Positions 1-8,458 of a stretch of DNA of 25,720 bases are shown piece by piece. Made by a program: the position numbers and the translations under genes. The DNA lies in IMG/VR virus record IMGVR_UViG_2531839527_000012, one strand, 5' to 3'. Below the pieces are notes generated by a model. That model was not told where the DNA came from. It ran no database searches and saw nothing but the letters and a program-made list of their open reading frames with translations. Numbering within the stretch: the first letter of the stretch is position 1; every line of letters starts with the position of its first letter. Source of the stretch: a virus. Taxonomy: Duplodnaviria > Heunggongvirae > Uroviricota > Caudoviricetes.

Positions 1-62
1 GGTATCCGTTCTGCTGAAGTGTCATGGCGTTGATTTTACGGTGACTCTTCGACAGTGAAAAG

Positions 63-83
63 AAAAAAGGCCGCAGAGCGGCC
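63..83 (-). terminator. Rho-independent terminator candidate for the leftward int operon
   Basis: Plus strand reads AAAAAA-GGCCGC-aga-GCGGCC at 63-83; on the minus strand this is a 6-bp GC stem with 3-nt loop followed by a T6 run, about 110 bp downstream of the last minus-strand gene (stop at 192). Confidence 0.6.
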
Positions 84-191
84 ATAAACACAAACAAAAA
101 TCAATAAGTTAGATAATTATCAAAGACTTACAGACACACAAAAACACAGCCAACCACAACAAATAACAGAGATGTGGTCACTTTGTGGATC

Positions 192-494
192 TTAAATCCA
201 GTGAAAACCTCTCGCCATTAAGCCAGCTAACCCCAAGGCTGTAGTAATCAACGCACCAAACATGAGCCTGAAATCTGTTGTGCGTATCTTATCAATATCG
301 CCTCTCACATCCTTGAGATCGCTCTTCAGCTCTTCAATATCTCTCTTGATGTATGAGATATCAGACTCCATTCGTGCAACACGGCTATCAAGAGCGAACT
401 CATCACGACTTGCCTGACTTCTGCGATTGCTCACCTGAATTCCTCCTGGATACGGAATGGAAAAACCCGTGATATAAGTATACTCATTCATCAC
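192..494 (-). CDS. Small membrane protein, coiled-coil plus C-terminal transmembrane helix (XhlA-like architecture, unverified)
   Basis: 100-aa ORF; charged heptad-like middle (DISYIKRDIEELKSDLKDVRGDIDKIR) and hydrophobic C-terminus (LMFGALITTALGLAGLMA). Overlaps the upstream ORF by 11 nt on the same strand, so probably co-transcribed with int. Confidence 0.5.
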   Translation of the reverse strand: MMNEYTYITGFSIPYPGGIQVSNRRSQASRDEFALDSRVARMESDISYIKRDIEELKSDLKDVRGDIDKIRTTDFRLMFGALITTALGLAGLMARGFHWI

Positions 495-867
495 CTGACC
501 CTTCCTGGTTTTTTTGCGATCCCAACCAGTTCAATACCGGAGTCACTGCATGCATAGTTATATAACCGCAGTTCTCACAAAAAGATTTGTAGTAATAATT
601 CGCATCACTATCACCTGGGTGACCTGGTTCAAGCCTGAAGTACGTCATAAACTCTTCCCCTTTTTCACCATCCAGGAGTTGTTGGAGATTTAACTTACCT
701 GTAGTGGCAGTTATCTGGGTATCTTTCAGCCCGCACCCAGGGCAAACCACAGTGACGTTTTTTTCATTTAAAAAACGGAAGAATTCTCTTGGCGTTATCG
801 ATTCCAGTTTTTTAATAAACTCCCGTTTTTTCTTTTCCATTTCCCCTGAATGTTCAATATCTTTCAT
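484..867 (-). CDS. Hypothetical zinc-ribbon protein (CPGC ... CENC)
   Basis: 127-aa ORF starting 10 nt downstream of the integrase stop on the same strand; two Cys pairs (CPGCG and CENCG) about 50 residues apart. No homolog recognised. Confidence 0.5.
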   Translation of the reverse strand: MKDIEHSGEMEKKKREFIKKLESITPREFFRFLNEKNVTVVCPGCGLKDTQITATTGKLNLQQLLDGEKGEEFMTYFRLEPGHPGDSDANYYYKSFCENCGYITMHAVTPVLNWLGSQKNQEGSGDE

Positions 868-877
868 TTTCCTACCT

Positions 878-1849
878 TCAAGCTATTGGATTAAATCTCA
901 CCGCATCCTGCAAGTAATCCGGCGCAAGATGGGCATAAATCATCGTTGTCTGAATCTTTGCGTGCCCCAGAATTTTCTGGAGCGTCAGAATATTGCCGCC
1001 GTTCATCATGAAATGACTGGCGAAGGTGTGGCGCAGCGCATGAACAGCCTGGCCGTCAGGAACATCAGATGCGACCGTTTTGATGACATCGCGAACCAAT
1101 GGATAATCCAGCGTCGGAAACACCAGTTTCCCGCCCCGTTTTTTGATCTTTTCAAACAGGCTTTCAGAAATAGGAACGGTACGGTTTTTGCTGTTCTTCG
1201 TTTTTGAAAAAGTGATTCGACAATGAAGAACACGGCGCTGCTCCAGTACCGCTACCTCGCCCCATCGCGCCCCGGTCGACAGAAGGATTTCGACAGCCAG
1301 CCGTTCATCGGGATTTTCAGCCAGTGCATCCAGCAACTGAACACATTCAGACTTACTCAGATATCCCATTTCGCGCTCGTTAACCTTCATTCCTTTAAGG
1401 CCTTGAACGGGGTTATCGTTAAGAAAATGGCCGGATGAGATGAGTGCGGTAAACATCGCGCTTAACGCCCCAATCTCTCGATTTATGGTGCTGGGCTGTA
1501 TCCCCTGCTCTATCCTGGACACACGTAGCTCGGTGAGCATCGTTGTATTAAGTTTATGCACGCACGGGTCATCCATTGCCTCACTCAAGCGCAGCAATTT
1601 AAGGCGCGTGTTATGCCCTGACTTCATTAGCTGGCCGTGGTATTTCCACCACAAGTCAATAAGCACTGACAGAGGACGGCGATCAATAGAGTTTCCTTTC
1701 CACTCATTGTTATGCTGTTGCGCCAGCCCCCACCGCTCATATAAAACTGCATCCGATTTCGTTTTAAATTTTTTGCGAATGCGTTTGCCTTTACGCCCCT
1801 CAGGGCGCATGTCAAGAAGATACCCTCCCGGAATTGATTTTATGCTCAT
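878..1849 (-). CDS. int: Tyrosine integrase, P2 Int-like
   Basis: ORF 878..1999 contains, from the internal Met (MSIKS...), a protein colinear with P2 integrase from memory: RKGKRIRKKFKTKSDA N-terminus, LSTGARWGE, HALRHTFASHFMMNGG, LQKILGH and IYAHL catalytic-domain motifs. Start placed at ATG 1849-1847; the 50 upstream codons are read-through. Confidence 0.9.
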   Translation of the reverse strand: MSIKSIPGGYLLDMRPEGRKGKRIRKKFKTKSDAVLYERWGLAQQHNNEWKGNSIDRRPLSVLIDLWWKYHGQLMKSGHNTRLKLLRLSEAMDDPCVHKLNTTMLTELRVSRIEQGIQPSTINREIGALSAMFTALISSGHFLNDNPVQGLKGMKVNEREMGYLSKSECVQLLDALAENPDERLAVEILLSTGARWGEVAVLEQRRVLHCRITFSKTKNSKNRTVPISESLFEKIKKRGGKLVFPTLDYPLVRDVIKTVASDVPDGQAVHALRHTFASHFMMNGGNILTLQKILGHAKIQTTMIYAHLAPDYLQDAVRFNPIA

Positions 1850-1898
1850 TCGTGAAACCCCAGCGTTACAAGACCACCATGCCCCCAGCGTTCCATGA

Positions 1899-2207
1899 TT
1901 AGCCGGGCTGTGTACCAGTCTTGCGGGGCTTTTGAGAAGACGATGTGTTTTCTGGCCCATCAGGGGAGAGAGAGGGACTGATCTGCCCAGCAGCCTCATT
2001 CGTTTTTCCTGTCATAAGCCAATTCATGTACTTAAAAAAGCGAGGGTGATTAACAATCTTGATAAGCACTTCGCCCCCTATGTTTTCAATCCGCCCCGTT
2101 TCATAACGACGCAAAGTGCCGATAGGCACATCAATCAGGCCGCAAAATTCTTCGCGCGTTAAATCCTCTGATTCACGAATCACTCTAATTTTTTCACCGA
2201 TAAGCAT
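1899..2207 (-). CDS. C: Immunity repressor, P2 C-like
   Basis: ORF 1899..2243; from Met13 (MLIGEKIRVIRESEDLTREEF...GTLRRYETGR) it is colinear with the ~99-aa P2 C repressor (ISEKIVLMRKSEYL...GTLSYYESGR, from memory). Same strand and upstream of int, as in P2. Start could alternatively be the ATG at 2243. Confidence 0.75.
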   Translation of the reverse strand: MLIGEKIRVIRESEDLTREEFCGLIDVPIGTLRRYETGRIENIGGEVLIKIVNHPRFFKYMNWLMTGKTNEAAGQISPSLSPDGPENTSSSQKPRKTGTQPG

Positions 2208-2219
2208 TGACAGTGTTCC

Positions 2220-2264
2220 TATAAGTACACTAAGCTTGCGCACAAGGTGTACTTATAAGTACAC
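2220..2264. promoter_or_regulatory. Lysis-lysogeny switch operator: three TAAGTACAC half-sites including a perfect 18-bp palindrome
   Basis: Between divergent C and cox: TAAGTACAC at 2222-2230 and the palindrome GTGTACTTA|TAAGTACAC at 2247-2264. A consensus TTGACA -35 hexamer sits at 2207-2212 on the plus strand. Promoter assignment is inferred, not demonstrated. Confidence 0.5.
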
Positions 2265-2303
2265 CAAGTCACAAACAACCACAGATAGCGCAGGTTATCA
2301 CAC

Positions 2304-2582
2304 ATGGCAAAAGTCCTGAACACACACGAACAGGCAGACTTTGAGCGTTTAGCAGCGTTCTATCCCTACCGCGATGAGCATGGGTTACCAGTACTTGAAG
2401 AAAGCCTGAAAGATTACGCAAAGCGTACCAACCAAGCTGTTAACACAGTGAAAAGACAGGCTGACAGAGGTTCAATTCCCATCAACCAAGATGAAAAGAA
2501 CTCAAGACGCACAGTAAATCTTTTCGCTCTTTTCCTGAAAACAATCAGGAGCGCAGAGAAATACGTGCAGATGACAAAATAA
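2304..2582 (+). CDS. Small basic early protein in the cox position (Cox/excisionase-like by position only)
   Basis: 92-aa ORF, first rightward gene opposite the repressor. No sequence similarity to P2 Cox recognised; assignment is by synteny. Confidence 0.45.
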   Translation: MAKVLNTHEQADFERLAAFYPYRDEHGLPVLEESLKDYAKRTNQAVNTVKRQADRGSIPINQDEKNSRRTVNLFALFLKTIRSAEKYVQMTK

Positions 2583-2596
2583 CGAGGTGTCATTTT

Positions 2597-2935
2597 ATGC
2601 TGAAGCAACGCCGTAATTTTCGTACCGGAACAGAACGCCACGCTAACCATTTCGCTACCAACGCATCCCGCAGCAACATCCGCTACAGCCTGAGCGAGAC
2701 GCACGCAACACCTGATGGCCACACAGTAAAACAAATTGGCGAACACACCTGGCTAATTGAAAAAGCTGGAATCGTGGTTCACAGATGCCCACGCAATCCG
2801 TTTACCGGAAACCGCATTTTTGCACTAAGCAGCGGCGACAATCAGTTCGGACAGGATTTCACATTATACGAAGCACTTCGCACGGTTGATCGTCTGCTTC
2901 GCGGGCAAAGTTTTATTAAACAGACTGATTTATAA
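2597..2935 (+). CDS. Hypothetical early protein
   Basis: 112-aa ORF with GAGGTG ribosome-binding site 7 nt upstream of ATG 2597. No homolog recognised; does not look like P2 B. Confidence 0.45.
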   Translation: MLKQRRNFRTGTERHANHFATNASRSNIRYSLSETHATPDGHTVKQIGEHTWLIEKAGIVVHRCPRNPFTGNRIFALSSGDNQFGQDFTLYEALRTVDRLLRGQSFIKQTDL

Positions 2936-2945
2936 CAGGTGCGTT

Positions 2946-3224
2946 ATGATCAAAGAGCATGCACAAGGTGTATTTATCCGTTTTATTGATTTTCGCGGTG
3001 AACTGTTATTGCGCGCATCAGCTATTGATGGAGTTGTCCCATCAGAAAAAAATGCAGCTACTTACGTTTATCTGAACGGCACGCGCCTGACCGTAGAACT
3101 TCCGTACCAGACTGTACAAGGAATCATTAGCGAAGCTGAAAAAGCACGTAAGATTAATGGCGATGAACCCTATATCGAAATTATTTGTATGGATTCAGAA
3201 GCTGAAATTCAGAAAGCAGATTAA
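2946..3224 (+). CDS. Hypothetical early protein
   Basis: ORF frame 2886..3224; ATG at 2946 (MIKEHAQG...) is preceded by AGGTG. 92 aa, no homolog recognised. Confidence 0.4.
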   Translation: MIKEHAQGVFIRFIDFRGELLLRASAIDGVVPSEKNAATYVYLNGTRLTVELPYQTVQGIISEAEKARKINGDEPYIEIICMDSEAEIQKAD

Positions 3225-3235
3225 AGGGCGTTGCG

Positions 3236-3478
3236 ATGGGCAAAGAATATAAAACTCTCATTAACAAAGCACTTGAGCGTTTTTATTTTCGCTTAAGTGC
3301 ATCAGGTGCTCATGCTGAACGTGCAGCCCGTGACTCATTGACCAGGGCAATCCGGAGTCTGTATGACGTAGCTTTTTACGCTGATGATCTGGATGCACTT
3401 AACGAACTTTCCGAGCTGATCTGTGCCGCAGAATGCGGGGAGCATATTGAACCGTATAAGCTGGGGAATATTGCATGA
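3236..3478 (+). CDS. Hypothetical early protein
   Basis: 80-aa ORF beginning 11 nt after the previous stop. No homolog recognised. Confidence 0.4.
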   Translation: MGKEYKTLINKALERFYFRLSASGAHAERAARDSLTRAIRSLYDVAFYADDLDALNELSELICAAECGEHIEPYKLGNIA

Positions 3479-3588
3479 GTATATTTATCTCATGGCTTGT
3501 TCTGATTATTTCGGTGGTCTGCGCCATTGGGATTATGCAAATTATTCATTCAGTAAAAAAGATTGAACGCTTTTTCACTGGCGAATAA
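3475..3588 (+). CDS. Small hydrophobic single-transmembrane peptide (37 aa)
   Basis: Not in the ORF track (too short). ATG 3475 overlaps the upstream stop as ATGA; translation MSIFISWLVLIISVVCAIGIMQIIHSVKKIERFFTGE, a hydrophobic helix of about 22 residues followed by a basic tail. Confidence 0.4.
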   Translation: MSIFISWLVLIISVVCAIGIMQIIHSVKKIERFFTGE

Positions 3589-3675
3589 CAGCGCAAATAA
3601 AAACCCTAGGTTAAATAAGAAAATGTAAAAACAATCCGCATTCGCGGAGGTATTCGCACACGCCCAGGAGGCGTA

Positions 3676-3879
3676 ATGGCAATTAAGCATTTTCCTGTCG
3701 TTCGTTTCACTTCCAGAGGACGTGAATACGAAGTCGACGAACGCCTGATTACCACAATCGACAAACACCGCTCAGAAAAGGATGCACACCACATCTATCT
3801 CACTGACGGTACTTACTTCTGCGCCACTAATGTGGCGCGGGTGAATCTTATCCGACAGGTACAGGATCCACGTAAATGA
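3676..3879 (+). CDS. Hypothetical early protein
   Basis: 67-aa ORF with a strong AGGAGG ribosome-binding site at 3667-3672. Confidence 0.5.
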   Translation: MAIKHFPVVRFTSRGREYEVDERLITTIDKHRSEKDAHHIYLTDGTYFCATNVARVNLIRQVQDPRK

Positions 3880-4094
3880 GCAGGAGAAGAATCACTCGCA
3901 GACATCACCGCACACACCTGAATTCCTCAGCAACGCTAAAGGCACTTATTCAAAGCGAGATCGGTGATTTCTTCGCGGGAGTTGGCTCACCAGGTGAACC
4001 AGAAACACCAGAAGCGATGCAGCGTGAGCTCATGATACGCATAGATAACACTTTTGATTTCTTCTACAGCATGCACGGAATTAAACAGAAATGA
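3876..4094 (+). CDS. Hypothetical early protein
   Basis: 72-aa ORF; start overlaps the upstream stop (ATGA), suggesting translational coupling. Confidence 0.45.
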   Translation: MSRRRITRRHHRTHLNSSATLKALIQSEIGDFFAGVGSPGEPETPEAMQRELMIRIDNTFDFFYSMHGIKQK

Positions 4095-4202
4095 ACCTCA
4101 AGCCAGCAATAACTACTCGTAGAACGCCAATTTCTGTAACCGACCGCTTCTGAGTTTTTTGGCAGGAAGCCTTCGCACATCCTTAGTAGAGAGAATTGCA
4201 GC

Positions 4203-4592
4203 ATGATTGACGCTCATGACTTCACAAGATGGGTGCGCACACAGGACACCCGTCTGGCTCCCGTTCTCCAAGGATTATATGATCTTTACATCCGTGGTCG
4301 TGACAACAGAGCACGCACTACAAAACCGGAGAATGTGGATACCCTTTATTTCACAGTAGACGACTGCTACCGCGTGGACTTCACACCACACGGACTGGCG
4401 TTGCACTGCCTGACACCGCACGGCGAATCACTGCTGGCGTATTACGACTCCCCGGCCTCCGTATTTGCGGCAATGCTGGCGCATCGCACTGCTGGCGGGT
4501 GTGCCTCGCTGAGTGAATACACCGCTGAATTTAACCGCCTTTCCACCATCTTCTTGCAGGAGTGGCAGCGCGTGACGGGATACCAGCCATGA
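4203..4592 (+). CDS. Hypothetical early protein immediately upstream of the replication gene
   Basis: 129-aa ORF whose stop overlaps the A start (ATGA at 4589-4592). No homolog recognised. Confidence 0.45.
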   Translation: MIDAHDFTRWVRTQDTRLAPVLQGLYDLYIRGRDNRARTTKPENVDTLYFTVDDCYRVDFTPHGLALHCLTPHGESLLAYYDSPASVFAAMLAHRTAGGCASLSEYTAEFNRLSTIFLQEWQRVTGYQP

Positions 4593-7429
4593 GTGAGTTT
4601 GCATGGAGCTGGAATGAACCACGACCAGCCATTGATCCGGCCAGATTTACGGAGCACAGGCAGGAAACTGAAACCGACCTGCAACGCGCCATCCGTTACT
4701 ACCTTGAGGCGGACAAAAGGGCACAGAAAGAACAGGAAGCGAAGGAAGAAGCCTTTTTCGCACAATCCGCCATGGGTAAAAAACTCATGGCATCCCTTGA
4801 GGAAGCCGGACAGCGTGAAAAGCTGGCACAGAGCATCATCAGTAAGCGCCGGGCAACAGAACAAGACCCGGTAGCCCGTGCCTTTGCCACACTGAAGGCG
4901 CTTCCCGTTTATCTGCGAGAACCTCTGAGCCGCCACCTCTCTTTCCTGCGCAAGAAGCAGGAAGCCGATCGTCAGAAAGGCAAAAAGAGCTGGCAGGCGG
5001 AACGCTATGCACGCGGAACCCTGCGCAAAATATTCGAACGTCTGGACCGCACCGACAGCCGCTGGCTGACACCGGGTTATCGCTCCCTTGCCGGACGCGA
5101 ACGCCTGGACGATTTGCTTTACCTGCCGCAGCTCAACAAACACCAGATACAGACGCTGGCCACCATGACGGCGGCGATGTTCAGCAGCACCTTCGAAAAA
5201 CTCTGCGATGGCTTTGGCGCGACTGATGGCGAACTGACCATGGATGTAACGCTGAAGGCGTATCAGATGCTGGCCCGCATGGCGTTACACCTGCACGCCA
5301 TGCCTCCACATTATGACGCACTGACAACAGACAAAGACCGGAGGAACGAACCGGACACGGAGCTGCTGCCGGGCGCAATCCTTCGCCTGACCTGTGCGGA
5401 ATGGTGGAAACGCAAACTGTGGCTGTTACGTTGCGAGTGGAGAGAAGAACAACTCCGCGCCGCCTGTCTGGTTTCCAGAAAAACATCACCCTATCTGAGC
5501 CAGGACGCGTTAAGCGAGTTTCGCGCACAGCGCGAGAAAACACGCGATTTCCTGAAAAGTTTCATGCTGGAAAATGAAGACGGGTTCACGATTGATCTCG
5601 AGACGGTGTATTACGCGGGTGTCAGTAACCCGGTTCACCGTAAGGCAGAAATGATGGCCACCATGAAGGGACTGGAACTTCTGGCCGAAGCCCGTGGCGA
5701 CAGAGCGGTGTTTCTGACTGTCACCTGCCCGTCAAAATACCACGCAACAACGGAGAACGGTCATCCGAACCCCAAATGGAACGGGGCCACCATGCGCGAC
5801 TCCAGCGATTACCTGGTTAACACGTTTTTTGCGGCGGTCCGCAAAAAACTGAACCGCGACGGTCTGCGCTGGTATGGCATCCGCACGGTGGAGCCTCACC
5901 ATGACGGCACGGTGCACTGGCATATGATGGTCTTTGCACATCCGGACGAGATTGAAACCATCGTGTCCCACGTCTGCGATATTGCCATTCAGGAAGACCG
6001 CCACGAGCTGGGCGATGACATAACTCCGCGTTTTAAGGCGGAGTACGTAGACGGCTCAAAAGGCACACCAACCAGCTACATCGCCACCTACATCGGAAAG
6101 AACCTGGACAGCCGCGCCGTGGATGGCATCGACCCGAAAACGGGCAAGCCACGCGTTGACCACGAAACCGGAAAATCAATGGCCGAGAGCGTGGAACGCG
6201 CCATCGGCTGGGCGCGCCTTCACCGGGTCCGCCAGTTCCAGTTCTTTGGTATCCCCTCCCGTCAGGTGTGGCGTGAACTGCGCCGCCTTGCCAGCCAGAT
6301 GGCACGCAATCCGGAAGGCCCGCAACGGCTGAAAGATGATGCAATGGATGCGGTACTCGCTGCCGCCGATGCCGGGTGTTTTGCCACCTACATTGAAAAA
6401 CAGGGTGGCGTGCTTGTTCCACGCAAGGACTACCTGATTCGCACCGCCTACGACCTCGCAGATGAGCTGAACGATTACGGCGAACAGAGCGTACAGATTT
6501 ACGGGATCTGGTCACCACTCATCGGGGAATCCTCCCGTGTGTGCACGCATCCGGATAACTGGAAGCTGGTAAGACGTAAACCAGAACCGGAAGACAACGC
6601 CCACGAAAATGGTTTTGACCTTCAGGGCGGCCCTGCCGCCCCTTGGACTCGTGGCAATAACTGTCCCCGTGTACAGGAAACGGACAACAACGGGACAGAA
6701 CAGCCGGAAGAACGGCCAGCACCGTGGCCGCAGCTCCCTGACGGCGTTGACGTGAATGAATGGATGCGCTCACTGAAACGGCACGAACGCCGGGCGCTGA
6801 TGCGTTCGCTGCGTGACAAACAGGCAAAAAACAGCAGTGATGAAATGCAGAACTGGACACAGAGCCGCAAACAGCCACGGCCTTTGCCTGATAACCACGA
6901 GTTACTCGCTAAAGAATGGCGGGAGTCTGCTGAATCTCTCGGCCTGCATATCGGTGAACAGCAGATGCAGCACCTGTTACGGGGCGGCAGTCTGTACGTT
7001 GACGGCAGCATCATTGCACCGCAGGGATTTGAAATTGTACGCAAACCGGATACCCGCCCGGACAGCCGAATCACGCAACTCTGGCAGCGCCTGAGCCGTA
7101 ATCACGGCGTAAGCAGCACGGAGATCCGCCATAACCCGGTCGCCAGCTATCTGGAACAGCTGGGGGCATCAGACCCCGAAGCCGCCGCACACCTGGCATC
7201 CACACTTCAGCAGGACCAGAACACCATGAAAACCCCCGTTACCGTGCTTTCTGACATGCTGCGCGCCATCCGTGACGCAGAGCACGCACAGAGAATCAGT
7301 GAAACCACTGAACGCGCCCACCGCAAAGCAGACCTGCTGCGGGGTAGCCTGACCAGTGGAAACAAAAAACAGACAGAAACGGGACTCACAAATCCCGTAA
7401 ATGAGCAAAAAACGTGCCGCGATATATGA
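4589..7429 (+). CDS. A: Replication initiation endonuclease, P2 gpA-like (HUH rolling-circle initiator)
   Basis: About 946 aa from ATG 4589. HUH motif VHWHMMVF near 5914-5925 and a twin-tyrosine motif SYIATYIGK near 6074-6091, both typical of P2/phiX-type initiators. Longer than the ~761-aa P2 A (from memory), with a long C-terminal region. Confidence 0.85.
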   Translation: MSEFAWSWNEPRPAIDPARFTEHRQETETDLQRAIRYYLEADKRAQKEQEAKEEAFFAQSAMGKKLMASLEEAGQREKLAQSIISKRRATEQDPVARAFATLKALPVYLREPLSRHLSFLRKKQEADRQKGKKSWQAERYARGTLRKIFERLDRTDSRWLTPGYRSLAGRERLDDLLYLPQLNKHQIQTLATMTAAMFSSTFEKLCDGFGATDGELTMDVTLKAYQMLARMALHLHAMPPHYDALTTDKDRRNEPDTELLPGAILRLTCAEWWKRKLWLLRCEWREEQLRAACLVSRKTSPYLSQDALSEFRAQREKTRDFLKSFMLENEDGFTIDLETVYYAGVSNPVHRKAEMMATMKGLELLAEARGDRAVFLTVTCPSKYHATTENGHPNPKWNGATMRDSSDYLVNTFFAAVRKKLNRDGLRWYGIRTVEPHHDGTVHWHMMVFAHPDEIETIVSHVCDIAIQEDRHELGDDITPRFKAEYVDGSKGTPTSYIATYIGKNLDSRAVDGIDPKTGKPRVDHETGKSMAESVERAIGWARLHRVRQFQFFGIPSRQVWRELRRLASQMARNPEGPQRLKDDAMDAVLAAADAGCFATYIEKQGGVLVPRKDYLIRTAYDLADELNDYGEQSVQIYGIWSPLIGESSRVCTHPDNWKLVRRKPEPEDNAHENGFDLQGGPAAPWTRGNNCPRVQETDNNGTEQPEERPAPWPQLPDGVDVNEWMRSLKRHERRALMRSLRDKQAKNSSDEMQNWTQSRKQPRPLPDNHELLAKEWRESAESLGLHIGEQQMQHLLRGGSLYVDGSIIAPQGFEIVRKPDTRPDSRITQLWQRLSRNHGVSSTEIRHNPVASYLEQLGASDPEAAAHLASTLQQDQNTMKTPVTVLSDMLRAIRDAEHAQRISETTERAHRKADLLRGSLTSGNKKQTETGLTNPVNEQKTCRDI

Positions 7430-7504
7430 AGCGCGCACAAAACAGGCAAAAGCGGGATTTCAGAATCCTGTAACCGATTAATTAATCAACATAAGGAAAG
7501 CGAC

Positions 7505-8454
7505 ATGAAAATTTGTATCGACGACGGCTCCACCAACATCAAGCTGGCATGGACTGAGAACGGCGAACGCCGCAACGCCATCAGCCCGAACAGCTTCAAG
7601 TCGGAATGGTCTGCGCCGTTCGGTGGCACGCAGCCCGCGAACTACATGCTTGATGGCGTGCGCTATGGTTTTGATCCGGTCAGCGATCGCTTTGTCCAGA
7701 CGACCGACACGCAATACCAGTACAGCGATGTGAATGTATTGCCATTCATCACGCGCTGGTCAAATCAGGCATCACACCACAGGAGGTGGATGTGGTTGTC
7801 ACCCTGCCACTGAGCGAATATTTCGACACAAACGCACAGCCGGACATGGCCAACATCAACCGCAAAAAAGCGAACGTTATGCGCCCGGTGGAGTACCAGA
7901 ACGGCGAAGCATTCACTATCCGTAACGTCGGGTTATGCCTGAATCCATTCCGGCTGGCTTTAAGGCACTGGCTGACATGAGTCCGTTTGAATCCCTGCTG
8001 ATTGTGGATTTAGGCGGAACCACGCTGGATGTGGCAAAGGTTCAGGGCAACTGGCAGGATCAGCCAGGTGTTTTGCGATCCACACGTAGGCGTTTCCTGA
8101 TGCCGATGCCGTACTGTCGGTGATGGCCACTAACGGTATGCGACCAGTCACCAATCGCCAATACCATTATCGAACATCGCCGATGAAGCCTGGCTGCGCC
8201 AGCACATCCACAATGACGCGCATTACGCCAGCCTGATGGCGGTTATTCGTGAAAAGGAAGAAACACTGAAACAACGCGTGATCCGCGCGCTGGCGGGTTT
8301 TTCGGGTTACGGACGGGTGATGGTTGTCGGTGGCGGGGCGGAGATTGTGGCACCCGCTATCCGCGAAGCCTGCGGAGTTAATGCGACTTTCATCGCGGAC
8401 GGGGTGCCACAGTTTGCTCTGGTTAATGGGCTGTACGCAATGGACAAGGAGTAA
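7505..8454 (+). pseudogene. parM: ParM/StbA-like actin-type partition ATPase, disrupted by multiple frameshifts
   Basis: Four track ORFs (7505-7813, 7786-7980, 7935-8123, 8236-8454) plus untracked frame segments are colinear with plasmid R1 ParM from memory: IDDGSTNIKL (phosphate 1), [12 protein letters not shown] (phosphate 2), VMVVGGGAE (adenosine motif), and a C-terminal LVNGLY. At least four frame changes; the two junctions reconstructed (near 7740 and 7930) are single-nucleotide deletions. Confidence 0.75.
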
Positions 8455-8458
8455 ACCA

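Noticed and set aside
1-190. tRNA or tmRNA attachment target at the prophage left end
   Set aside because: No tRNA-like sequence recognisable by eye in this stretch; attachment site left unassigned.
704-1207. 167-aa plus-strand ORF
   Set aside because: Lies entirely antisense to the integrase and the zinc-ribbon gene; low-complexity translation; shadow ORF.
1440-1898. 152-aa plus-strand ORF
   Set aside because: Antisense within the integrase coding region; Ser/Arg/Cys-rich translation typical of a shadow frame.
878-1999. Full 373-aa extent of the integrase ORF
   Set aside because: The first 50 codons have no integrase similarity; the conserved protein begins at the internal Met (1849).
4442-5143. 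233-aa minus-strand ORF, and other minus-strand ORFs between 5181 and 7449
   Set aside because: All lie antisense inside the long, motif-bearing replication gene A; Arg/Cys-rich shadow frames.
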